Shown piece after piece: positions 42,055 through 52,104 of a stretch of DNA of 64,000 nt (position 1 is the stretch's first letter; each line of letters opens with the position of its first letter). The stretch comes from an uncultured cyanobacterium. GTDB lineage: Bacteria > Cyanobacteriota > Cyanobacteriia > Phormidesmidales > Phormidesmidaceae. The notes under the pieces are model-generated. The model did no database searches. It was given only the letters and a program-made list of their open reading frames with translations, and was not told the DNA's origin. The stretch spans positions 320,001-384,000 of the forward strand of contig CAWBZI010000007.1 in NCBI GenBank assembly GCA_963793265.1, in the 5' to 3' direction. Made by a program: the position numbers and the translations under genes.

Positions 42055-42302
42055 AATGTCTCACCTTGTTTAGTCAAACAATAAGACGGGTAGCTTATGC
42101 AACTATGAGAATTTTACGAGTAAATCGACAAACATTTGTGTTTAAATCCCGCGGCTATTCAACTGTGATAGCAACTGAAAGACATAGCACGCTGAATTTT
42201 CACCCATCTCTCATCTACTAGCATAGCTGCGTTGTCATCATAAGCAGTACTTATAACAATTCTGCCACGTGACGCTTTGCCGACAACACAAAATTTTCAG
42301 CT

Positions 42303-43949
42303 ATGGAACCCTCTTTCTTCAAGCCTCGCAAACGCTTTAATACGCTAGCCAAAGTCTTAGTCGGGATGCTGACTGGGGCTGTTGTAAGCGCGATCGCCTC
42401 CCTTCCCGCCCAAAGCGCCGAGAGAATCCAGTTCTTCGTAGGCCCTTTTGAGCCCACAATATATGTTGACGATCTAGAAACTTTCGCCACCACAGGAGAG
42501 ATTGTTGATCGATTGAAACCTTTTGCCAACCGACTTAATAGCGAACAGAGGCAAGCCTTGAGAGGAATGCTTATGGCTCAATATGACCTGAGCCCTATTC
42601 CAGTCGCGCAGTTCACCTACTCAACGTTTGGCGAAGATCTGCTCAGCAAGCTAGGGCAGGTAGTTCAAACCGATAGCTTTTTAAACGGCATGAAAGGCAT
42701 TCGAGCCTCGCTAATTTTAGCTGCCGCAGACGAAGCGCAAGGCGGCTTCACGCCGATTAATATCCTGCGTCACTTCCCCTCCAACACCATTCAAATCGAC
42801 TTTTCTCTTGCTCAGCGGCTCATCACCGAAAACAACGAGATCTTTAGACGCCGCGATCAGGTCGTTGCCGGTATTAAGCAGCTCGCTCAAGCCCAAGCAT
42901 TAGACAATATCGACCTTTCAAGCACGGGCGATCCACGCTCAGCCGGTCGCTACACCTGGGATGTAAACACGCTCACCTTTCAAAATCCCAATCGAGATCA
43001 AAGCTCTATAGCCGATATATATTTACCTCAAAAGGAGGCCGCAGGCAGCACGCCAGTTGTTATCATCTCTCACGGCGTCGCCTCAGACCGCAAAACGTTC
43101 GCCTACCTATCAGAACACCTCGCCTCTCATGGCTATGCCGTTGCCGCCCTAGAGCACACCGAAACCAGCGCCGAGCGGTTTATGCGCTTTTTGTGGGGGC
43201 AAGAAGGCCCGCCTAGCTCCAGAGACTTACTGCTGCGTCCTCAAGATATTACAGCGCTGCTCGATACGCTTAGCGACCAGCAGGCCACTGACCCTGCCCT
43301 GAAAGATTTGAACCTCAATTCAGTTGGCTTGCTGGGCCAGTCACTCGGCGGCTACACCGTACTGGCCGCGAGCGGCGCGGTCATCGACTCAGACTTTTTG
43401 TTTGACGAATGCGAGTCAGATTTAGGATCGCGGCCTACACTCAATCTCTCTTTGTTTCTACAGTGCACGCTGCTAGATTTGCCTGTCGGCACAGACTTAA
43501 CGGTAGCTGATCCGCGAGTGGCGGCGGTAATTGCGCTCAACCCGGTCACCAGCAGTATATTTGGCCGCTCGGGCCTGAAAGCAGTGCAGGTGCCCGTAAT
43601 GATGATGGCCGGGACAAACGATTTTGTCGCCCCTGCCCTACCAGAGCAGATAGAACCTTTTGACTGGCTAGACACAGAGCATAAGGCGCTTGTCGTTATG
43701 GAAAGAGGCACGCATTTCTCTTTTTTAGATCGAGAAAGCCAGAGCGTTTTACCCTTTTCTCAGAGCTTCACTGGCCCTGATCCCCTAGCGGCCAGAGAGC
43801 CCACGCAAGCGCTTAGCCTGGCTTTTTTCAACAGACATCTACAGCAAAAAAACGACTTTGAACAGTTTTTGAACCAGGCGTATCTCAACGAATTTCCAAC
43901 GGAGCCGTTTCAATTTAGCGTGGTCGATAGCCTGCCGCTAGCAGAGTAA
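42303..43949 (+). CDS. DUF1400 + alpha/beta hydrolase
   Basis: 'AERI', 'LETFA.TG' DUF1400 start; 'ISHG', GQSLGG, 'THFS'. Confidence 0.88.
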   Translation: MEPSFFKPRKRFNTLAKVLVGMLTGAVVSAIASLPAQSAERIQFFVGPFEPTIYVDDLETFATTGEIVDRLKPFANRLNSEQRQALRGMLMAQYDLSPIPVAQFTYSTFGEDLLSKLGQVVQTDSFLNGMKGIRASLILAAADEAQGGFTPINILRHFPSNTIQIDFSLAQRLITENNEIFRRRDQVVAGIKQLAQAQALDNIDLSSTGDPRSAGRYTWDVNTLTFQNPNRDQSSIADIYLPQKEAAGSTPVVIISHGVASDRKTFAYLSEHLASHGYAVAALEHTETSAERFMRFLWGQEGPPSSRDLLLRPQDITALLDTLSDQQATDPALKDLNLNSVGLLGQSLGGYTVLAASGAVIDSDFLFDECESDLGSRPTLNLSLFLQCTLLDLPVGTDLTVADPRVAAVIALNPVTSSIFGRSGLKAVQVPVMMMAGTNDFVAPALPEQIEPFDWLDTEHKALVVMERGTHFSFLDRESQSVLPFSQSFTGPDPLAAREPTQALSLAFFNRHLQQKNDFEQFLNQAYLNEFPTEPFQFSVVDSLPLAE

Positions 43950-43971
43950 CCCTTCTAAACACATAGCCAAC

Positions 43972-44005
43972 AAAAAAGGCGGACATTTACTGAATGTCCG
44001 CCTTT
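43972..44005 (-). terminator. Rho-independent terminator
   Basis: 13-bp stem AAAGGCGGACATT/AATGTCCGCCTTT with a U-tract on the minus strand, downstream of the 44065 peptide gene. Confidence 0.8.
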
Positions 44006-44064
44006 CCTAATGGCCCTGCTCAAGGCTTTAGTGTGATGAAGTAAAAGGATGAGTCCTCGAAAGC

Positions 44065-44277
44065 CTAGTGATGATGACCGTGACCGTGGCCGCCGTGACC
44101 GTGGCCAAACTTCTTCTTCTTTTTGAACTTAAAGAAGCCTTTCTCCCCGGCCTCATCACCTGCACCGTCTTTAGCCGTTTCATCGACTGAAGCTTCGTGA
44201 TGGCCTCCTGAAACCTCCTCTAGTACGTCATCAGAAACCTGATCAACTGCCTTTGTATCTTTTTTGATGTCTGTCAT
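44065..44277 (-). CDS. Small peptide with double-glycine-type leader and Lys/His-rich C-terminus
   Basis: MTDIKKDTKAVDQVSDDVLEEVSGG|HHEASVDETAKDGAGDEAGEKGFFKFKKKKKFGHGHGGHGHGHHH; followed by a terminator. Confidence 0.75.
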   Translation of the reverse strand: MTDIKKDTKAVDQVSDDVLEEVSGGHHEASVDETAKDGAGDEAGEKGFFKFKKKKKFGHGHGGHGHGHHH

Positions 44278-44432
44278 GTTCTTGCCTATGAGTGTAAACA
44301 ATGGCGCTAAAGAGATAGCTGTTTTCTTGTGTCAGCAACTTCAAGATATGGCAATAACCAGCGAGTATACTGAGGGAACCGTGAGAGAGTCGTAAGAAAA
44401 AAGAGAACTTATTATGAGATAAAAATAGGGCT

Positions 44433-45434
44433 TTATGGAATAGAAGCAACATTTTCAGTATCTTTCATCATTATTTCTGCTTTGGGATCTACATTTTTCG
44501 CGCTGCCAAGACTCGCGATCGCGACCCCCATAATAATCACCACCAAAGTCCCTAGCTGAGTAGCAGAAGGATATTCTCGATTGATTAAAAAAGCGTAGAC
44601 CACGCCAAACACCGGAGAGAGCACCGTCAGTCGGCCCACGATGCGAGAATCTAGATTGTTAATAGAGGCATACCAAAGGAACTGCGCAAAGACAATCACC
44701 ACCAGCGCATAAATAGACATCAGCGCCCAAAGCTGACCGCTGAAAGCATCGGCAAAATGATGAGGGCCAAAGAGCCTGAGCGCAATGAAGAAGAAAATAA
44801 CAGACGATAAAAAATTACGAGAGAACACCACCACCTGCAAACTTGCCGCATTTGCAATCATGAGCCGATTAATCAGTGCTGAGAGCGCAAATACCAGCGT
44901 AGAGAGCAGGATGAGAATATCGCCTTTATTGGTTTGAAACTGGCTGGTTTTGAGTGCGATCGCCACCACCCCCACCGTAATCAAAGAAAACCCAGCCCAC
45001 TCCAGCGGCCTGATCCGCTTGCCCAACACCATCGCCCCCACCAGTGCAAAAATCACCGGGCCGAGTCTTCCGAGCAGCACCGCATTGGTCACCGTCGTCT
45101 CTTGCAAGCCCAAAAAAATAAGCGCCGAGAGCAGCGTTGCCAGCGCTCCATTTAGCAGCAGGCCCAGCTTTACCTTTGGCCTGAGCGCTCTCATATCTGC
45201 CAGCAAAGCCCCAAAGCCAAACCAAAACCCCACCAGCAGCGCGGCAGAGAAATTGCCTACAAACAAAACATTGCAAAATGAAATAGGATGCTGAACGCCT
45301 CCGCTCAGCTCAGCCCCGCTGGTAATCAGCAGCGAAATCAACGCAGGACGCGCTGCCGACAGTGCCCGAGAGGCTACTAGCATCACCTGAGAATTCAGGG
45401 GCTTAGCGGAACGGTCGGCAGAAAAATCACTCAT
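44433..45434 (-). CDS. DMT/EamA family transporter
   Basis: About 10 TM helices in two EamA-like halves. Confidence 0.85.
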   Translation of the reverse strand: MSDFSADRSAKPLNSQVMLVASRALSAARPALISLLITSGAELSGGVQHPISFCNVLFVGNFSAALLVGFWFGFGALLADMRALRPKVKLGLLLNGALATLLSALIFLGLQETTVTNAVLLGRLGPVIFALVGAMVLGKRIRPLEWAGFSLITVGVVAIALKTSQFQTNKGDILILLSTLVFALSALINRLMIANAASLQVVVFSRNFLSSVIFFFIALRLFGPHHFADAFSGQLWALMSIYALVVIVFAQFLWYASINNLDSRIVGRLTVLSPVFGVVYAFLINREYPSATQLGTLVVIIMGVAIASLGSAKNVDPKAEIMMKDTENVASIP

Positions 45435-45560
45435 GGTAGCTCAAACGCAAAGACAAACACTCAACCAAAAAGTGTATGGAGCGAATAAAAGCAGAAGATG
45501 AGAATTGTCTTACAGAGCGCTAAGAAAAGTATAAAAGATAGCAAGGAAATCTTAGGGAGC

Positions 45561-45710
45561 TGCGCTCAAATAAAGTACCGGCAAACCGACAAATATTGCC
45601 CTGGGCATAGCGTGCTATGCCCCTACGTCATCGTCAATTTCTGTAGGGGCTTAGCACTGCTATGCCCGAGGCAATGAACAGCGCTATCAGCGGTACTTTA
45701 TTTAGACGCA
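45561..45710. repeat. Nested palindromic REP/MITE-like element
   Basis: Outer IR AAATAAAGTACCG/CGGTACTTTATTT; inner ATTGCC..GGGCATAGC/GCTATGCCC..GGCAAT and two GTAG/CTAC-type hairpins (GCCCCTAC, GTAGGGGC). Confidence 0.72.
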
Positions 45711-45716
45711 TGTCCC

Positions 45717-46493
45717 TTATTCCACTTCTCTCAAGATGTATCCCACGCCGCGAACCGTCTGAATCAGACGATTTTCTTCAGTCTCTTGCAGCTTGTTGCG
45801 CAAATAGCGAATATACACTTCTATAATGTTCGAGTTTCCTGTGTAGTCGTAGCCCCACACATTCTCTATAATCTGAGCCCGCGTTAGTACCTGAAAATAA
45901 TGAACCATCAAGTACTCTAATAGGTCAAACTCTTTAGCCGTGAGCCGCACAGGATTCCCGCCTCTAAAAACCTCTCGGGTATTGCGATTTAGCAAAATAT
46001 CTGCGCAGCTTATTGTCGCATCTGATTCCTGTTGCAAATAGCGCTCCGCTAGCTTTGCATTCACCCTTGCCACAAACTCTTCTTTTACAAACGGCAGCGA
46101 AATGCAGTCATCAGCGCCCGCCTTGAACCCGGAGATTCTATCAGCAGCGTCATTGCCATGCGTGAGTAGAATAACGGGTTCTTCACCTTGCCCTGAACGA
46201 ATGCGATCGCATATTTCCAGCCCCGACAGCCTGGGCGGCGACCAGTCCACAACAATCAAATCAGGCGAAAAGCGCTTAACCGCGAGCAGTCCTCTTAAGC
46301 CATCGTGAATAACGCTAACCTGATAGCCCTCAAGACACAGCGCAGTCTGAAGCTCCTCAGCTAGCTCTACAGCACCCGAAACCACCATGATCCGTTTAAT
46401 ATTTCTACGGCGCTGTAAATTTCTAGGTAGCGTATTAGGTGAAACTTTATGCAAGGCTTGAGCGGTCGGCGCTGACTGCAAGGAAGTTACCAT
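45717..46493 (-). CDS. OmpR family response regulator with atypical receiver (NblR-like)
   Basis: Receiver fold with phosphoacceptor D ('LIVVDW') but no acidic pair and LPF in place of KPF; winged-helix 'LTAKEFDLLEYLM...TVRGVGY'. Confidence 0.82.
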   Translation of the reverse strand: MVTSLQSAPTAQALHKVSPNTLPRNLQRRRNIKRIMVVSGAVELAEELQTALCLEGYQVSVIHDGLRGLLAVKRFSPDLIVVDWSPPRLSGLEICDRIRSGQGEEPVILLTHGNDAADRISGFKAGADDCISLPFVKEEFVARVNAKLAERYLQQESDATISCADILLNRNTREVFRGGNPVRLTAKEFDLLEYLMVHYFQVLTRAQIIENVWGYDYTGNSNIIEVYIRYLRNKLQETEENRLIQTVRGVGYILREVE

Positions 46494-46708
46494 TAGGTGT
46501 CCTATAGGTTAGATTCCGCAAATATACTAATGTCCCGGCCTCAAGTCACCGCTTCACCCGGAAACGGCCTTTCCAAAATCGGAAAAATGAATGAAATAAA
46601 TCGTCAAAGCACTGATGTCTAAAGCGTTTCCCGTAGATGATTAAAAGAATCAATAGTTCTTCGTTAAAACGGCCTTAAATGCATCATAAACAGGCTGCTG
46701 ATGTGAGA

Positions 46709-47110
46709 TTACCCCATCAAAATCACCGTATCAATCGCATGGATCATGCCATTGTCAGCCTCTATATCTGCGGCTACGACTGTCGCATTCTTCACCTCAA
46801 AATCAGGTTCAATACGTATAGGAATTGGAGAAGTTTCTAGCGAAGGCCAGCTCTCTTTCTCGGCTAGATCAGACTTTCGCAAGCTTCCAGCAACTACGTG
46901 ATACTTTAATATTCGAGCTAATTGAGGCGGATTATCCACCAGCGTTTGCACTGTACCCGGCGGCAGCTTCGCAAAAGCATCATCAGTGGGTGCAAACACC
47001 GTGAAAGGCCCGCCTGTTGCCAGCACCTCGACGAGCCCGGCAGCCTGCACGGCGGCGACTAGCGTAGAAAATCCTTCGGCATTTACGGCAATATCAACAA
47101 TACTTGGCAT
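46709..47110 (-). CDS. cupS: Fasciclin-domain protein CupS
   Basis: '[11 protein letters not shown]', 'ILKYHVV', 'NG.IH.ID.V'; last gene of the ndhF3-ndhD3-cupA operon. Confidence 0.85.
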   Translation of the reverse strand: MPSIVDIAVNAEGFSTLVAAVQAAGLVEVLATGGPFTVFAPTDDAFAKLPPGTVQTLVDNPPQLARILKYHVVAGSLRKSDLAEKESWPSLETSPIPIRIEPDFEVKNATVVAADIEADNGMIHAIDTVILMG

Positions 47111-47152
47111 GGTTTTCCTGTTTAATAGTTCTCTTAGGTGCCTCTCTCTAAC

Positions 47153-48445
47153 CTAACGATAATCCTGTGTTTGAATATCCATCAGTCTTGCTTCTGGTCT
47201 CTTAAATCGATCAAGCTGTTGCTCTAGAAACTGACGATTCGCCTTCAAATGCTCTACATTCTCATCATCTAGCGGATAAAGCAGCGCCATTCTTAATGCC
47301 TGAATTACTGCTGAGGTCACGTTGTACATAGAGCGCTGAAACGTAATTCCAAGCTGAATCAGCGCGTCGTCCTCCCCTCGCCCGTGCTGCTGATACATCT
47401 CTACTAGGTAATCTGGCAGAAAGTGCAGCATATCCTGCATGAGCAGCGTCGGCGGAATGCCCGCGCTGCCTACCGGAAAAACGTCTGCATAGAGAATGCC
47501 GTAGTGAAAGTCTTTTTGCTCGGCTGGAACCTGCCCGGCCTGGGCGTTGTAAGACTTTGTGCCTCTAAAGGGGGCAGTGCGATAGAAGACTGCTTCTACA
47601 TAGGGCAAAGCTGCCTCGTATAGCCAGGTAAAGCCCTGAGACTTAGGGATAATCTCAAAGCACTCATTACCAATATAAACGTGGTGGTAGATGGGACGAC
47701 CGGCTACTGCAAAAATGCCGTTTGAAATAAAGTCCATTGCCTCCGGGACAGTGGTCATTTTGCCTTCGTCGTAAAGGTCGCTCATCTCGAAGAATACGGG
47801 GGCCATCACCTCCCAAAACAGTCCTAAATTGGCGTAGTAGGAGAGTCTTTTGACCTGCTCTAAAAACATGTCAGGGAACAGCTTATAGAGGCCGAGCATC
47901 ACCGGATTGTTTTTGAAATAGGCGCGAATGGCGCGATCGCTATTCTCCCTATACTCCTCACTATCTAAATACTCATTAAACTTGGGATTGATATCCTCAT
48001 GCCAGAGCATTGCCTGCATACAGGCTTCAGCAAACTCCATATTCACCCGGTCGTGCCACAGGTGATGAAACAGCTTCGGCAGCTTGCGCTTAACTTCGCC
48101 CTCTTTCATAAAGGCTCGCAGTTCAGGATGCGCATCGCCTACACCGCGCCATATGCGCAAGTCGGCCTCATCTCCCGCATAGGCATTTTGACGATCTAAG
48201 TACTCGTCAGAAATGAAGTATTTGAAGGCGGGTAGAGGATTAAGGAAAACGCGCTCGGCGATATAGAGCAAGTCTCGCCAATAGAAGTCCATCGGCACCG
48301 CGTAGGCTTTGTATATACCGATAATTTGCTTGAGGTTTTCAGGCGTATCGGGCAGCATTGAGCCGCCTGCTTCGAGCCGATGAATAATATCGGCAAATTC
48401 GTGGCTAGAAGGTGGCAGCGTTTTTTTGAGGGTGGCAGTTTCCAT
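47153..48445 (-). CDS. cupA: CO2 hydration protein CupA (ChpY)
   Basis: 'LEAGGSMLPDTPENL', 'HHLWHDRVNMEFAEAC', 'PFRGTKSYNAQA'; 430 aa from ATG 48445; operon context. Confidence 0.92.
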   Translation of the reverse strand: METATLKKTLPPSSHEFADIIHRLEAGGSMLPDTPENLKQIIGIYKAYAVPMDFYWRDLLYIAERVFLNPLPAFKYFISDEYLDRQNAYAGDEADLRIWRGVGDAHPELRAFMKEGEVKRKLPKLFHHLWHDRVNMEFAEACMQAMLWHEDINPKFNEYLDSEEYRENSDRAIRAYFKNNPVMLGLYKLFPDMFLEQVKRLSYYANLGLFWEVMAPVFFEMSDLYDEGKMTTVPEAMDFISNGIFAVAGRPIYHHVYIGNECFEIIPKSQGFTWLYEAALPYVEAVFYRTAPFRGTKSYNAQAGQVPAEQKDFHYGILYADVFPVGSAGIPPTLLMQDMLHFLPDYLVEMYQQHGRGEDDALIQLGITFQRSMYNVTSAVIQALRMALLYPLDDENVEHLKANRQFLEQQLDRFKRPEARLMDIQTQDYR

Positions 48446-48500
48446 GGGGGGTTTAGAGAGAGTAGGGAGTGGGGGGTTGGAGGTTAGAGAGCTTAAAAGG

Positions 48501-50015
48501 CTAAAGCGCGTTGGGAGCGCGAGCAGATGAAACGGTTGTTTTGTGTAGTGAAGCTTCAATTGCTGGCTGTATCAGCTTTACAGAGGTTGCCTCGCTCCAG
48601 TGCACTAGCCAGTTAGGCTGAAGTCCTAAGACAACAACCAAAGCCGCTAGTATCAACGCGGGCGTACGCTCGCTGACGGTGACTTTGTTGTAGTTCGCCG
48701 TTTGATTGTTCAACCGACCAAAACAGGTGCGATTGATCAAAATCACGAAATACACAGCCGTTAAGCCGGTACCTACCACACATAAGAGGGTCGCCACTGG
48801 AAACACGCTATAGCTGCCCTGAAAGACCAGAAATTCGGTGATAAAGCCAACCAGTCCCGGAATCCCAGCGCTCGCCATACCGCTTAGTACCAGCAGCGCG
48901 CTCACCATCGGCAGCCCTCGTAGCGGGTTCATTAATCCATTGAGCTGATCGAGCTGCCGGGTGCCGACTTTAGCTTCCACCACGCCAACTAGGTGAAACA
49001 ACAGCGCCAAAATCAAACCGTGAGACACCATCTGAGAAATCGCCCCGACCAGGCTCAGCTCTGTGAACGCTGCGCCGCCGAGCATCACGTAGCCCATGTG
49101 CCCAATCGAGCTGTAGGCCACCATGCGCTTGATGTCTTTTTGGGCGATCGCGGTTACCGCACCATACAAAACGCTCGCCGCCGCCCATACCGCTAACAAT
49201 GGAGAAAGCGCCGCCCAGGCATCGGGAAACAGCCCCAGGCCAAATCGAAAAATCCCATACGTGCCCAGCTTAGCCAATACGCCGCCTAGCATAATCGCCA
49301 CGGGTGGAGACGCACTCACATAGGTATCGGGTAGCCAGGTATGAAAAGGAATCAGCGGAATCTTGATGCCAAAGCCGACTAGCAGTATGGTCAGCAGCGT
49401 GATTTGAGCCGGTAGCGGTAGCTGATTTTGGAGCGCCTGCTCGTAGGAAAAGTCTAGGGTGCCGCCAAGGAGAACCGTGCCGATAAAGCCAGCGAAAATA
49501 AAAGCGCCTGCGATCGCGGTATACAACAAAAACTTCGTCGCCGCATACTCTCGCTTCTCCCCACCCCAAATCGAAACCAAAAAGTAGAGCGGCACCAGCT
49601 CGATTTCAAACAGCAGGAAGAACAACAGCAGGTTTTGTGCCAAGAACGCACCGGCTACACCGCCACTCACCAGCAGCATCAGCGCATAGAAAAACCGAGG
49701 GCGCTCCTGCGTTTTTGAACTGCTGCAAATGGCAATCCAGGTCAGCAAGCTGTTGAGCGCAATCATCATCAGCGAGAGCCCATCAACTGCCAAGTCGTAG
49801 TTTAGCCCCAGCGAGGGTAGCCACGACATAAACTCTCGCATTTGAAAGTCCGCGCTACCCATATCAAACTGCGTGAACAGTCTCATTGTCCAAAGCAGTG
49901 CGGTGCCTGAAAATGCCAGCGCCACGCCTCGAACCTGAGCGGCGTTGAGCTTTAGTGGGAGAAAGGCAATCAGCAGTGCGCCTAATGTCGGCAACCAGAT
50001 TAAGGGGCTCAGCAT
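48501..50015 (-). CDS. ndhD3: NDH-1 subunit D3
   Basis: NuoM-family motifs 'IKIPLIPFHTWLPD', 'KLGTYG', 'KRMVAYSSIGHMG'; lies between ndhF3 and cupA. ATG 50015. Confidence 0.9.
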   Translation of the reverse strand: MLSPLIWLPTLGALLIAFLPLKLNAAQVRGVALAFSGTALLWTMRLFTQFDMGSADFQMREFMSWLPSLGLNYDLAVDGLSLMMIALNSLLTWIAICSSSKTQERPRFFYALMLLVSGGVAGAFLAQNLLLFFLLFEIELVPLYFLVSIWGGEKREYAATKFLLYTAIAGAFIFAGFIGTVLLGGTLDFSYEQALQNQLPLPAQITLLTILLVGFGIKIPLIPFHTWLPDTYVSASPPVAIMLGGVLAKLGTYGIFRFGLGLFPDAWAALSPLLAVWAAASVLYGAVTAIAQKDIKRMVAYSSIGHMGYVMLGGAAFTELSLVGAISQMVSHGLILALLFHLVGVVEAKVGTRQLDQLNGLMNPLRGLPMVSALLVLSGMASAGIPGLVGFITEFLVFQGSYSVFPVATLLCVVGTGLTAVYFVILINRTCFGRLNNQTANYNKVTVSERTPALILAALVVVLGLQPNWLVHWSEATSVKLIQPAIEASLHKTTVSSARAPNAL

Positions 50016-50080
50016 AGTTTTATAGACAAGTTCTAAATTATATTGGCGTTGTTGAAAGATCCTGTGGGGCGCGAGGCGCA

Positions 50081-50110
50081 AGAGGGCGTAAGGTCTTACG
50101 CCCCTACCGT
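50081..50110. repeat. REP-like hairpin (GGGCGTAAG..CTTACGCCCCTAC)
   Basis: AGAGGGCGTAAGG is identical to 22897-22909; ends in CCCCTAC like 23164-23170. Confidence 0.6.
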
Positions 50111-50121
50111 TGGGGGGCAGG

Positions 50122-51984
50122 CTAGTGGAGGAGGCCCCAGCTTAGATATAGGCAGATTGCGGCTACAAAAGAGGCAATTGTTAGCGCATAGACCTGCGTT
50201 TTACCGCTGTTGGAATACTTCAGCGCCTCACCACTTAAAAGAGAAGACAGCCCGATGAAATTCACTAGCCCGTCTACTACATAGCGATCTAGCCAGTCGG
50301 TGAACTGAGAGAGTTTATCGACCGCGAAAATGGCGGTTAAGTCATAGATTTTGGGCGTGTAGAAGTCGTAGGCAAGCAGGCGATTAAGGACGGGAGAAAG
50401 CAGCTTTTCTGGTTTCTCTACGCGTCGCAAAATGTAGAAATTAGCCGCGATCGCAATTCCCACCACGCTCGACAAAAACAAAGGCCATCCCAACGCCCAG
50501 CTCAGCGTCACATCCGCCGGGAACAGCGAAAAGTTTCGGATGATAAACGGCATATGCAGCGTCAGTCCGGCCATAGTAGCCATCGGTAAAACAACGAGCC
50601 ACAGCGGCTCGGGCGCGCGGTTTGTCATGGGGGTGCGATCGCCTGCAAACATCAGGCCAAACATCCGCACCAGCGCAAACGCCGCCACCCCGTTAGCTGC
50701 AATCACAACGCCAATAACACCCCACTGACCCTGCGCCTGTAACCCTTCTAAAATCACCATCAGCGACCAAAAACCACCAAAAGGCGGCAGCGCCACCAGC
50801 CCCACAATTCCCACCAAAAAAGAGAATCCTGTCACCGGCCTGGGACGCCAGAGCCCGCCCATCTGAGTCAAATCCTGAGTCACCACATTGAAAAGCACAG
50901 ACCCCGTACTCATCAGCAGCAGCGCTGTTGCCACCGCATGAGTCAGCACCAACAGCAGCGCTGCCGTGGCCTGCCCCGTGCCCACCGCGATAAAAATCAG
51001 CCCCATATAGGCGCTCGCCAGGTAAGAGAGCACCCGCTTCGCATCAATTTGAGCGGCTGCAATCAACGTACCGCCCAGCGCACTGATCGCCCCAATCGCC
51101 ACCGCCACACCAGAGGCCCAGGGCGAAAGCGAAATCACTGGTTCTAGCTTCACCAGCACCCAGGCTCCAGTGGCCACCACCACCGAGTTTCTTAGAATAG
51201 TCGTCGGCAATGGCCCTTCCATTGCCTCGTCAAGCCATAGATGCAGCGGAAACTGAGCGCATTTACTCACCGGCCCAGCTACCAGCGCAATCCCAATCAG
51301 CGCCAGCGTTAGTGACTGCGGCCCGACCTCCATCAAAGGCACCTGCTGCGCCCATTCAGCCAGCTCGCTAAACCGCCAGGTTCCCGTCAGCGGATACAGT
51401 GCCAGCACCCCCATCAACAGAATCAAGTCACCAATCCGCTTTGTCAAAAAAGCATCTCGTGCACCGCTCACCACCAGCGACTGATTAAACCAGAAGCCCA
51501 CAATCAGGTAGGTTCCTAGCGTCAAAATCTCCAACAGAATGTAGCTAAAGAACAGCGAATCGCACAGCACCAGCGCCGTCAGCCCCGCCTCAAACAAAGC
51601 CAGCAGCGAATACATCCGCCCCCAGCCCCAATCCATCTCCAAATAGCCCACCGCATAAACCTGCACCAGCAGATTCAGCACCGTAATCACCACGCTCGCC
51701 CCCAGCGTCAGCGCCGACAGCTCTAGCGGCAAAACCAGGTTCAAGTCAGCGACATGAAGCCAGGAAAGCGTTAAAAACTGCTCGGGCTGATGCCACACCG
51801 CTGCCAGCGCTACGCTGCTATGAACCAGCGCCACCACCGTCAGCAGCAGGTTGATATATCCCACCGGACGGGGGCCAGTGCGGCGAATGAGCGCTGGCGA
51901 CCAAAAAACAGAGAGCGCAGCGCCCAATAGGGGATAGCAGGGAATCAACCAGCTTGTTTGGGCGAAAACGTCAGCATTTATCAT
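50122..51984 (-). CDS. ndhF3: NDH-1 subunit F3
   Basis: 'RRTGPRP.GY', 'GYLEMDWGW', 'GARDAFLTKRIGD', 'KCAQFPLHLWLDEAMEGP'. Confidence 0.92.
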   Translation of the reverse strand: MINADVFAQTSWLIPCYPLLGAALSVFWSPALIRRTGPRPVGYINLLLTVVALVHSSVALAAVWHQPEQFLTLSWLHVADLNLVLPLELSALTLGASVVITVLNLLVQVYAVGYLEMDWGWGRMYSLLALFEAGLTALVLCDSLFFSYILLEILTLGTYLIVGFWFNQSLVVSGARDAFLTKRIGDLILLMGVLALYPLTGTWRFSELAEWAQQVPLMEVGPQSLTLALIGIALVAGPVSKCAQFPLHLWLDEAMEGPLPTTILRNSVVVATGAWVLVKLEPVISLSPWASGVAVAIGAISALGGTLIAAAQIDAKRVLSYLASAYMGLIFIAVGTGQATAALLLVLTHAVATALLLMSTGSVLFNVVTQDLTQMGGLWRPRPVTGFSFLVGIVGLVALPPFGGFWSLMVILEGLQAQGQWGVIGVVIAANGVAAFALVRMFGLMFAGDRTPMTNRAPEPLWLVVLPMATMAGLTLHMPFIIRNFSLFPADVTLSWALGWPLFLSSVVGIAIAANFYILRRVEKPEKLLSPVLNRLLAYDFYTPKIYDLTAIFAVDKLSQFTDWLDRYVVDGLVNFIGLSSLLSGEALKYSNSGKTQVYALTIASFVAAICLYLSWGLLH

Positions 51985-52104
51985 AGATAGGACTCTATGC
52001 GAGTATAGAAAATTGTGGCGACAATCAATACATAAAATATACCATCGCCAATATCTATTCAGATCAAAAATACTATTGAATAATCTTAATAGTGGTTTAG
52101 GTAT
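51983..52104. promoter_or_regulatory. Putative NdhR/CcmR (LysR) sites
   Basis: ATAG-N8-CTAT at 51983-51998 and ATAG-N8-GTAT at 52089-52104 upstream of ndhF3; motif recalled from Synechocystis NdhR work. Confidence 0.5.

Noticed and set aside
44020..44065. Hammerhead-like 'GATGAGTCC..CGAAA' string
   Set aside because: It lacks the CUGAUGA core with properly paired stems; chance resemblance.
48446..48500. G-rich heptamer-like run between ndhD3 and cupA, and the longer CupA N-terminus in the ORF track
   Set aside because: Too degenerate to define a repeat unit; the CupA similarity starts at ATG 48445.
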